DNA of 48,584 nucleotides from Microthyrium microscopicum. Lineage: Eukaryota. Within the stretch, counting starts at the first letter, position 1. Each line of letters starts with the position of its first letter. A program made the position numbers and the translations under genes. The notes under the pieces were generated by a model. That model ran no database searches. It had not been told where the DNA came from and saw only the letters and a list, made by a program, of their open reading frames with translations. The DNA is taken from assembly GCA_010405405.1 (NCBI GenBank), contig MU004233.1, positions 1,687,122-1,735,705 on the forward strand, given 5' to 3'. Shown piece by piece: positions 25,331 to 37,249 of the stretch.

Positions 25331-28300
25331 GAAGTAGAGTAGTATATTAAGTATTATTATAATATCTCTAACCTTCTTTTATATAAAGTAAACCTTATAA
25401 AGAATAAAGAATATTAAGTAGTAAATACTTAAAGTACTTTTCTAAATATTTCTAAACTTCTAGGGTATTTTAGAAGTATAAATAAGGAAAGGTAATATAG
25501 CTATATATAATAGTAATAGTCTCTAGATATAGTATTCTTTAAGGAAGCTAAGTAGTAGTAGCTTTCTTTTATAGTAATATATATTAAGTTAAAAGTATTA
25601 TTTTTATACTAAATATAGCTCCTATACTAATAGAGGAGTTTAGTAGTTTAATATTGCTATAATTACTATTTTAGATAGGTTAGTTAAAATATAGATAGTA
25701 AAGCTAGTTAAAGCTAGTTATAAAGCTTTACTTAAGTATTTTAAGGAGTAATAATATTATTATTAACTTTATAAACTCTAACTTTATATTTTAGTAGTAT
25801 AGATCTATTATAAGATAATATAAGCTAAATAAATAAAGTAAGTGCGTAATTACTTTAATTAAGAGCACCCTTTAGTAGTATATTAATTATCTATAATAAT
25901 AAGAGTAATAGTAAGGAACTAGTTTTTAGGCGATAAGCTTAAAATAAGGGTAATCTATTTAGAAATAACTAAGATTAATAAGTATATAAGTAATAGTATA
26001 AGTAATAATAAATATTAAAGTAGAGTATAATAGGTATTAAGTTAATCTTTATTACTATTAAAAGTAGTTATATATTTAAAATCCTTCTTAATATTCTACT
26101 TAATAGTTTAAAAATAGTAGCCTTATTACTAAATATATAATTATTTACTTTAAGAATCTTATCTAGTGTTTATAATTTTCTATAGTATATATATCTTATT
26201 AATATATAACTAAAGTCTTAACCCTTATAGCAAATAGTAAGTTACTCTTATATAAATACTAGGAAGTAATAGTTACTTTTATAGCTAGTATCTTAGAGGC
26301 TAGTAAAATAGAAACTATAAGGGTATTTAGCTATAATAATAAGTATTATACGTAGAAGGCTTATAGTAGTATTATTAATAGAATAGAGCCCTTTATATAG
26401 TTTATAAAGTTAAGGAAGTTTAGTATTAAGGGCTATTTTATATTATTCTTTTAATATACTATCTTAATAAATAATAATATTAGTAGAGTATCTTTTATAC
26501 TTAGAGTACTAAAGTATAAGATATTACTTAGATAGAGTAGTTAGCTTAATTTTAACTTTATTCTTAACTTTAGAAATTACTTTAGTAATATAGGTTTATA
26601 ATAAGAATAACTATATAGTAAGTATAAAATAAAGTAAATATAAAATAATAGTTATTTATATACTAATCTACTTTATAAGTAAATATAGATTTATATATAT
26701 TTAAAAGTCTAAGAATATCTATAAAGACTTAATTTAAACTACTAAAACTAACTTTAGTATATTTTATAATATAATAAGTTATAATATAAGTATATAATAT
26801 TCTATAGATTAAGTTTATAGAATATATAGTAGTAGTACCTACTATAATACTATTAAGCTTTTAAATAATAGATAAAAATATTAAAATAATAATTTTAAAG
26901 TAAAATTCTATTATTTATATAAATTACTATTATTACTAATAAGTCTTCTACTTTTTATTTAATATACTATTTCTTTTCTATAAAATTTTATTAAGAAAAA
27001 TATTATATTAATACTATTTTATTATTAATATAATACTACTAGAATAAAAAGTATTATTATACTAAAAAATCCTTTTAGCAGGAGGACGAGCTACAGCTCT
27101 TTTTAATACGTCGCGGAAGGTATAAATTTTTGTATCACGTGACCGCTGTATGCAGCTACAAGATCATCCTTATCAAAGCCCCACTAATAATAACGGACTA
27201 GCGTCAAAAATCACATAATTAGAAACTAGCTACACAGCACGCAAAGCTACATACAAACAAGCCACAATATCGCCGAAGTGTAGCAAATTCAGCATGCTAA
27301 AAGCTAATTCTTTTATGGCTCTTAGCAACTAGATCGGACGATCAGCCCTGGCTTAGTAAGCCTGAAATCTAGCCGCAATTAGTTAAGGCAAAGATCGGAC
27401 TAAACGACATAGTAGTAAATTACGGAATCTAGGGACACTACGGCTTAGTAAGTACAGTGCCCGCGGGTCGGCATAACAGCGCTACAGGATAAGTTAGCAG
27501 ACTTGGGGGAGGTGACCTAGAACACGCTAGGCCGTAGGACCCTAGATCTCGGCTTAAAAGCAAAGCATAGCGTAGACGGATAGCTCTTAGCAGACCGTTA
27601 GCGCTGCCTTAGACTCGGTATTGCGGCACGAATAGAGGGATCTAACATAATAATAAGGAAGGAATCTTGGCCCCTTGGGGGACGACAATATTAGTAACTT
27701 TAAGAACTTAAAGCAGTAGACCAAACGGAAGAATAATAACCCGTAATGGAACTAGCCTAGAGAAGTGCTAACAGGCTAAATACTCCCCGGAATTTAGCTT
27801 CCTAACCCGCTAAAGCTTCCGCGGCTTGGGGGGCCAATAGGGCTTAGTAGGGTATAATATTAGCCTTAGCATAGATTAGCATACAGAACACGACAGCGGG
27901 GTTTTCCCTTATGTAGTTAGCACCTTAGTTTGCTAAACATATAAAGGTTAGCTGAAGCTAAACTAGGCCTTAGGCCTAGAGTGAGCTAGCTTAGCTAGAT
28001 TTAAGTAGATTAACTAATTAGATAAGGGTTTTTACCCGCTTATTAAGAGTAGCGTCTACATAGCCTATTAGCGTAGCTAAAAGACAATAAACAAGATTTA
28101 ATAATATACTAAAAGATTAATTTCTTAGAATTATTTTATAAAACTACTATTATTAGATTTATCTTATTAAGACTATTATAATAGTATAACTTTTAACTAG
28201 ACGTAAATAATAGCTAACGCTATAAAGATAAGTAAAGATTTATAGTAAATAGCTATTATTACTATAAAGACTATTTATATTAAAAATAAGACAATATAGA

Positions 28301-29019
28301 AACAAAAAAATAACCTAAAACTACTACTTATAAAAGTATAAAAAGGAATTAAAGTATTATTAAAAAGACTTATATCTAAAAAAAGAAATTTAATATAACT
28401 ATTTTTTAACTAGTTAATAGCTAATTTTATATAATACTATATATTCTTTATTATAATATAAAACTATGTTATATATAAATCTTATTTATTATTTTTTAGC
28501 TATACTAATAGGCTATATAGATACTACTCTTACTTTTAGAAAAACTTCTATAAGGAAACCTATAGTATTTCTTTAGTTGCCTTCTAGTAGCCTTATTCTA
28601 TTATTATTATAATATCCTCTTAGTCTACTACTTCTAAATAAAAGGACTTACATTATCTCTCTATAAACTATAAGCCTACTAAAGGAATTCTAGTTAGTAG
28701 GTTAATATAGTAAGTAACTAGTAGTTACTAACTACTAGGAGCTTTATATAGCTTAAGTATACTATACGTTATATAGATCTTAATAACTAACTTATTATTA
28801 TTTTATTATAAAAATATTTAACTTAGTATATAACTTATATAGACTAACTTTAAATCTTATATACTTTATAATAAATTAAATAAATCTTAGATTAACTTTA
28901 TTTTTAACTAATTAAATAATTTATTAAATATTAATGTACTAGCTATATATATAGCCTTATAGCGTATAATATTAAGTTATACTTTAGGCCTACTTACTTC
29001 TAAATATATATTACTCTTA

Positions 29020-29522
29020 CTATAGTATATATACTTTACTATATTTAGATATAAAACTATTTATAATTTAGCTCTAGTATTTTTTTATAACTATATTATA
29101 TATACTTTAATACTTATAAGTATAAAGCTATTTTTAAATTAGCTATATCTAGTATTTTATAATAGCTATAATATATATACTTAACTACTTATAAGTATAA
29201 AACTATTTATAATTTAGCTATAGTAACTTCTAATAGCTATAGTATATATACTCTACTACTTATAAATATAAAACTATTTATAAATTAGCTATAATATTCT
29301 ATAATAGTTATAGTATATATACTTAACTATTTCTAAGTATAAAACTATTTTATTTAACTATAGTATTCTACTATAGCTATAGTATATATACTCTATAATA
29401 TATAGATATAGAACTATTTATAATTTAGCTATAGTAACTCCTAATAGCTATAGTATATATATTCTACTATATATAAATATAAAACTATTTTTAATTTAAC
29501 TATAGTATTCTATAATAGCTAT
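29020..29522. repeat. ~71-bp minisatellite, left part (interrupted by Gypsy element 2; resumes at 37106-37220)
   Basis: TATA(A/G)AACTATTT-like anchors at ~29050, 29121, 29196, 29267, 29338, 29407 and 29478; the same unit follows 37106. Confidence 0.85.
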
Positions 29523-29684
29523 TATTATAAATTAAATAACAAAAAGATAAGTTATATTATAAGCCTACTAAATAGGAAGGTAACTTAGAGAGAAAGAAGA
29601 GTTAAGAGACTCTTTAATTAAGGTGTTTATATACAATAGGGGTAGCCCAAACGGGCATAGCTTTAGGGGGTTCAACCCCTAATA
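29523..29684 (-). repeat. 3' LTR of Gypsy element 2
   Basis: Direct repeat of 36944-37105, same length. Confidence 0.92.
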
Positions 29685-30195
29685 TTACTCCTTCCATCTA
29701 AAAAATTCTAGCTAAAACACTAAGTTAATTATAAAATCCTAATCTTATCTAGCTATATTTAACGCTTACTATTCTTGTAGTTTATAACGAAGCTTCTATT
29801 TACAACGTATAGATCTATACGTTTGCTTTTAGGTATAAAATATAAAGCTTAGGTTATTAACTATTAGTTCCGTACTAGTATTTTGCCTATTTTAGACTAA
29901 ATTCTAAGTATAAGGCTCCTTTCTTAGCGTATAATATTAATTCTTTTTAGTCGTAATCCTATAAAGGTTACTTAATTAGTAGGTTGTCTTATTTATACTT
30001 AATTAGAGCTCTATTACGATATTAAGGAATAAGATTAAAAGAACATAACTATAGTTAAGTTACTATGCTTCTGCCTATACGTTTAAAGGGTATAAAGCAA
30101 TATTGTTTCGTAGAGTTAACTATTCTTCCTTTATTATACTTTAAATAAGCTTCTTCTTTTCTAATTAGTCCTTATTAAGTTTCTTCTTCCTTACC

Positions 30196-30241
30196 TAATT
30201 AATTAATCTATTAATTAATTAATTAATTAATTAATTAATTA
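30196..30241. repeat. (TTAA)n microsatellite inside element 2
   Basis: Run of TTAATTAA units. Confidence 0.85.
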
Positions 30242-33200
30242 GGTAAGTTATTCGTCATAGTAGCTATAGCCTTGCTAACCATATAGAGATAGCTGCCCTA
30301 ATTGTTAACGCTTTTAATAATACTATTAGCTTTAACGGTTGTATCCTCGTTACTATTACTCCTCTTTATATATACGTTACTAATCGTAATACTCCTTAAC
30401 CTTATCTACCTACTATATACGAGGTAGCTATGCGTAAGGCTTACTAGAACGACGTAAATAAGGGCCTTTATCTTCTTAACTAAGTCTTACTTCATTACTA
30501 GAATGATATTATTTATAATCCTTATTCCTATTTGCTAACTACTCTCTAATATAAGAAGGTATACATAGTTATTAACTACTACAATTTGCAAAACTATACT
30601 TTATTTAAGGTACTTTATATTAACTAGACTGTACGTACTTCTTTAGCCTTTCTTAATTTATGTTAATATATTTGTAAAATAAGGCTCTTTATATTATAGC
30701 TAACTATCCTCCTAACTCCTCTAATAAGCGTCTTAACCTATTAAACGTCTTCTTTAAAAGATTTACTAATAATTTGTAGCCTAACGTTCGTAGCATTATA
30801 ATTCGTTAGAGCTTCTTTAGTATAATTTAGTTAACTAGTAGCTAGGCTAGTTATCTTAAAGCCTTAGGTATTTATTATATAGGTATCTTATAATTCTTTA
30901 CTAAAAATAAGTAGAATAAGACTCATAAGGAGTAGCGTTATACTTATTACGTTAGCTATTCTAATTTAAAGAATTAGCTATAATATATAGGTTACGTTTA
31001 GCTTCTAAGATTTCGTAATAATATATATTTAAACTACGTCTATAATAATAATATTAGCTTAGGTAAGAAGTATCCTTATAATAATAAGAAGGAGGTTACT
31101 AAGAAGAATAAGAATCCTCTACTATTAACTATTTACTTTAGTCCTCCTATGCCCTAGGGCACTACTTAAGTTTATCTTCCTTAGTAGTAGAAATTTATTA
31201 AGTATATCTTATTTCTTTAGTTTTCTTATATTTTTATAATTTTCTAGTTTTATTTAGTAGGAAAGGAGGTCTTAGTATAGATAAAAGAAAAGTATTTCTA
31301 TACGTAGGTTATAAATAGTACCTTCAATCGTATCTCTATAGAGTTAATTATTATAACAAGAGAGCTAGTTTTTAATCTTAGTTATACTTAAAGAATAGAC
31401 TAGTTTAGTACTAATCTTCTATAATTATCTTGTACGTACTTTATCTTCTCTATCTACTTTATGTAGGCTTTTAATTATTTAATAAAATTAATTAGTTCTT
31501 CCGTTATATTTAGATAATCTACCTATTTAACGACGTAGACTATACGAAGTTTACTTTTTATTATCTTCTTATATTTTTTAGCTATAATCTCCTCTACTAG
31601 CTACTCCTCTTATTCTTCTCTATTTAAGTCTTTAACTAAGATTAGTAGTAGATAAGAATCATTAGCGTCTTAACTTAGAAATAAGTCGTCCGTTACTAGT
31701 CTAAGTAGGTTAACGTAGAATTTCTTAATTCTCTATAGTATATTTAGTATGATTATATATAAGCTTACTATCTTTATAACTTAGAACTTAGAGTAATAAT
31801 AATTAAACTTCTTCTTTACTCGTTTAGTCTTAGTATTCTTTAGGTCTAGCTAAACCTAATTACTAACTTTGTACTTAGGCGTTTAAATTCTTATTTAATT
31901 AGCTTATTCCTACATCCTTTTTTAGGCAAGGGTTATAGTATCTTAAGCCTATTTTGTAGCTTTTAAAATTATACGAGTAGCTTCTTCTTTCCTCTCTTTT
32001 AGAGTATTCTTCTACTTAGATAAGAGAGCTTACTTAGAAAAGTTTAGGAAGGTAGAGTTTTTAAAGCTATAGGATAGAAAGAAGAGTAAGAGTTCTATTA
32101 TAAATAAGCATTACGAGTTAAGTATAAGTTAAAGTATTAGTATTAGCAAGAACTAGTTTAATTATATATAATTAGTATATATTTATACTTTAGCTTTAAT
32201 ATCTAAGTTCTACCGTTTTATAGAGCTATTCGTCTAAAGGTAAAATATAGTTAATAGCTATAGCTCTATTTATAGTAGCGCGTAGAACTTTATCTAGAAG
32301 TCTCCTACGAATACTAGGTTATAATTATAGATAATTATATTAGGAATACTATAGAGAGAATAGATACATTATAAGAAAATAGCTATAACGTTTTTAGCTT
32401 CTCTTTAAGTAAAGGGAATTAGGATTACTTCTTTACTTAGCTAATTAGTAATAACTATTAAGATTATATATCTATTTAATAGAGGGAAGTCTATTATAAA
32501 ATCTATAGATAGTTCTTACTATTATTAGCTTAGGATAAGTAGAGGCTTTAAAAAGCCTCTTTTCTACTTATAACTAACCTTTAATTAGCTATATATACTA
32601 TAATTTCTTACGAAACGCCTTATATTAGCTATAATTCTAGGCTAGAAGAAGTATAGCTATAAAGCTTAGTAAATTTCTTTATAGCTAAAATAGCCTTAGA
32701 TTAAAGACGTATAAGCTACTTATAATATTACTATCTATAAAGGTTCTAGGTTTAGGATCTATAGTTATCCTCTCTAATGAAGGCGATCTTTACTATTAAT
32801 TAAGCAATTAGAAATAGAGATTTTAATACCTATAATTAATAGAGGAAACTTCCATCTGCTAGCCTTAATCGTTTAATAGGCTACTTAATAAGTATTATTA
32901 GCCTATACTACCTTATCCTACTAAGTTACTAATAATTTAAGAACGTTTAGTATTAATAGTAGTAAGCTAAGAATTAAAGCTTTATTAGCTAGTAGAGTCT
33001 CTACTAATTCGTCTTTAACTACTATAAAAAGGATAGTAATATAAACAGGTAAGGCTTATAGTAATTTAAGTAATTAATCTCCTTAGGTACGAAGCAGTTA
33101 GAAAGTTCTAGCCTAGATCTTCTTATTAACTATATTTTAAAATATATCTTATTTATAATAAGAGAGACTATCTACTACGCTATTCTATAAGCCTAGATAG

Positions 33201-36200
33201 TACTTAATTATTATATTATACTTTATAAGTTTAATAGACTATTAAATGTGCCTTTTTATAAGCTTCTATAGTTTTATAAAATACTCTAAGTTCTTATAAT
33301 TAAATATTACTTTAAACTTCTCTACTACTTATAGCTCTAAGTCCTATTCTTCTAGAGTAAGTATAATTACAAACATCTTTTTATTATAGATTAGGTAGTT
33401 ACTTTAAGCAAAGTTATACTTTTTAGAGAAATAGGCTATTAGTTAAAACTTGCCTATCTTATTCTTTTATACTAGTATAGCTCCTAAAGAGTAACTAGAG
33501 GAGTTAGTATAGACGAGAGTCTCTCTATTATAGTTAAATAGAGCTAGCATCTAGTTAGTAGTAAAGAGCTATTTTAGCTCCTTAAACGTAGCTCTCTCTA
33601 GGTCTTTAAATAAGAAGAGAACGTCCTTTTAGGTAAGTTAAACAAGAGGTTCTATAATTATTTAAAAGTTTAGTATAAACCTACGATAGAAATTAGCAAA
33701 GCTAAGAAAAGCTTAAACTCTATAAACGTTCTTAAAAGCCTTCTATTCTTAGATTACTTTAACTTTAGCTAGGTTTATTAAGATTCCTTATCTAGCCTTA
33801 ATAATATAACCTAGGTATATCGTCTAAGTAGTTATAAATTTATACTTCTAGATATTAAGATAGAGTCCTACTTTTTATAGCTACTTAAGGACTTTATAAA
33901 CGTAAGCCTTATATTACTTTCTAGTACCTAAGCTAAAGATTAAGACGTTATCTAAGTATATAAAAACATAGTTATCTAAGATATCCTAAAGGGTAGAGTT
34001 AATAAACCTCTAAAAGATGCTTAAAGCATTTAATAACCTAAATAATATTACTATCTATTTAAATAAGCTATATCTTATCTAAAAGGCTATCTTCTACTTA
34101 TTACTCTTATATATCTAAATCTTATAGAATACTTAAAATACGTCTAGCTTAGTAAACTATTATGCCTTTTCTAAAGCATTTAGTATCTTATAGATAAGTA
34201 GTAAAGAGTAATAATTCTTTATGGTTAACTTATTTAACGCGTAGTAGTTATAACAAAACTAAATTAATCTATCTACTTTATGAACGAAGAGAACTAGTAC
34301 TCTAATAGGCAAGTTACTTACTTAAATAAACCTACTTTCTAGTAAATCGTTAAGAATTCTTCTAAGGACTAGCAATTTATCCTAATTTATAAAATATAAT
34401 ACCTACTAAGATAACTAAGATTCCTTTTTATTAGCGTCTAGGATTAGATTAATCTTATAGTCTATAAAAGGGCCTTAGATAGATAGCTATTTATTAGCTA
34501 GCTCTCTTTAAAAGAGGTTAAAGTAATCTAAATACTATTTAAGAAGCTTCCTATAAGGGTTAATATACTTCTTAGAAGTAAGGGCTTTTTATAAGTCATA
34601 AAGACTTATAGTAAAAACTTATACGATTAGTATTAAGCCTTTCTAAGACTATCTTACCTACTTTCTAGCTTATTAGGTAAGTATCTTAAATACTATAGCC
34701 CTAATCGCTACGTAGTTATACTTCTTCTAAGGAGTCTTTAGACTCATAATTATATAACCTATTTCGTTAAAGACTAGCTTCTTAGGTTTTATATAGAGAA
34801 TAACATCCTATTTCTTTATCTAAGGCAGGCTAAGGATTACATTATAGCCTAAAGTCTCTTTTACTATAAAGGCTTAAATAGTTTCTTTATAGCCTTTAAT
34901 ATTAATCTTTATAATTATTATTTTATAGATTTCTCTAGCCTTACTATTTATCTCTTTAATAGGAATCGCCTAAGGTAGTAGTATATATTTAAGTTTATGT
35001 CTTTAGGCAAAGTAAAGACTTATAAGAGAATAAATTAAGTAGTTACTATTAATAAAGCCTATATATAAAGAAAGTTAATTTACTATTAAAAGTATTAAAA
35101 AGGGCTCTATAACTATATTCTAAGTAAAGAACTTCTAACGCTATTCTAAAATAATATTTTTATAATTTTCTAGCTTAGTATTACGTCTTTAATCTAAGCT
35201 TACTAGTTTTCTAATTCTATATTAATAACGTTATATAAATCGTTACAAAGGTTATCATTTCTAGGCTAAGTAGCAGTAGCCCTTACTAGCTAGCTACTCT
35301 AGAAGACGTCTAAAGTATTAGTAGCACTAACTTAGAATCTACTAGTATTGTCCTATAGGCGTCTACCTCTAGTAATACCTTCTCTACCTTGTCCTTATCT
35401 ATAACTAGCCTAGCTATAGAAGGAATTCTAACTTCTAAACGACGCTTAGGGCGCTTATTTATAATTCTAAATCCTATAATTAGCTAAGCTATAGTGAAAA
35501 TAAAGGTTATTTTACTTATAATAGTTGCGCTAGGCTTAGCTAGCTCTAACCTAGACGCCTTCTATTACGTCTAGGTCCTAATTCCTAGATAGTTAACTCT
35601 ACTAAGTATTTATTTTAGTACTTAAGCCTCTTAGGCTACGATAGCTTATATAGGCTTAAACTATTTAATCCTAGGTCTCTAAAGCTTTTTAGGTAAAGGT
35701 ATCTAAATTATTAGGCTAAGGGCAAGTAATTAGAGCTATCCTAAGACTAGAATCTATAGCATTTTCTAAGAACTATATCTAGATAAAGATGGCCTAAAAT
35801 TATACTCTAGTATAGATAAGATACTACTAAAACTTAGCCTAAAAGATTCTCTATTCTCTACCTCCTTACTAAATCCCTTAGAGGTTTACTAAAGCTCTTA
35901 TTTCTTTATATAGGTTATAAAAAAAAAGGTCTATCTATTCTATAAACTTACTAAAACTTATAATATTATAGCTAGTAGAATTCTAAATCTAGGAAAGGAC
36001 TTATTAGGTGGCGTCTTCTATAAGCTAGCTAAATATATAGTAGATTTAGGCGTAGTTATTTATATAAATCTATCTATTAATATATAATTTCGCTTTAATT
36101 ATTTAGCAAAAACTAGAGTAAAGAGTTAGGTCCTTATATAAATATCATTCTAAGTTTAGGAGAGCTAGTTAGAGGTTTCATAATAGTAATTAAAGTAGCT

Positions 36201-36943
36201 TATATTAGGTAGCTAAAGAATTTATTAAAGAAGGTAGAAAAGGGGCTACTAGTCTAGCTATTACGATTAGAGTCTAAGAAGGATTAGCTTATAAAATTAG
36301 AGAAGAGTAGTAGCTATAGTTAGAAGTTTCTCTAATAAAGGATATAGCTAGTATTAAAGAAAGAGTTATACTAAGCATTATAAATTCCCTCTAAAATTAT
36401 TCTTATTCCTACTACTACTACTAAGTTAGTATCTTATGAGTAGTATTATTTACTTATTATATAAAGATCTTACTACTAGTATAGATATTAGCAAGCTATT
36501 CGTTCTAGTTATTAACTTAAACCTAGAGTTTAGCATAGACTACTATAATCTACTACGTATTCTTATTTAATTATATATAAATTTTACTAGTTAACCTATT
36601 TAGTTATTATAGAGCTTATCTATAACTAGTAGTAGTTATACGTAATTATAAGATAGATAAATTAAGCGTATCGTTAAGTAGTAAAATACTATTTATTACT
36701 TATTATAAGCTATTATTAGTTACCTCCTAGGATGCGTCTAAGTAGTTCTATAGCTCTATCTATTATTAGCTAATATACGTAAAGTATGCTTCTATATTCT
36801 CGTAAGTAAAGCTCTTAAAGGACGTTTCTTTATCCTATTTAGTAGTCATTAGGCAAGAGGAATCTTAGTTTACTATTCTAGCTATTTATTAACAAACGAA
36901 AAAGAAGTAGATAAAAAGAGAGGTTAGTTTAGAAGTTACCTAA

Positions 36944-37105
36944 TATTATAAGTTAGATAACAAAGAGATAAGTTATATTATAAGCCTACTAAATAAAAAG
37001 ATAACTTAGAAAGAAAGAAGAGTTAAGAGACTCTTTAATTAAGGTATTTATATATAATAGAGATAGCCTAAACAAGTATAGCTTTAAAGGATTCAACTCC
37101 TAACA
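36944..37105 (-). repeat. 5' LTR of Gypsy element 2
   Basis: Ends ...CCTAACA, followed by TSD GCTAT. Confidence 0.92.
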
Positions 37106-37249
37106 GCTATAGTATATATACTTTACTATATATAAATATAGAACTATTTATAATTTACCTATTATATACTATAATAACTATAATATATATACTCTATTAT
37201 TATATATATAAAACTCTTTTAAAATTCTTTTATAACCTAGCTATAACTT

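Larger units (their letters stand above)
29523..37105 (-). mobile_element. Full-length Ty3/Gypsy chromovirus LTR retrotransposon (7583 bp), RIP-inactivated, different family from element 1
   Basis: 162-bp LTRs at 29523-29684 and 36944-37105; TSD GCTAT (29518-29522 / 37106-37110); PPT beside the left LTR. De-RIPed motifs: gag CCHC CFHCG..DH....C (~35460-35505), protease DSGC (~35045), RT EWKTAFRTRYGLFEW..MPFGL.NAP and YLDDVLIFS (~33940-34100), integrase LSTAFHPQTDGSTER (~32210-32260), chromodomain YVVKW.DY (~31520). Confidence 0.93.
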
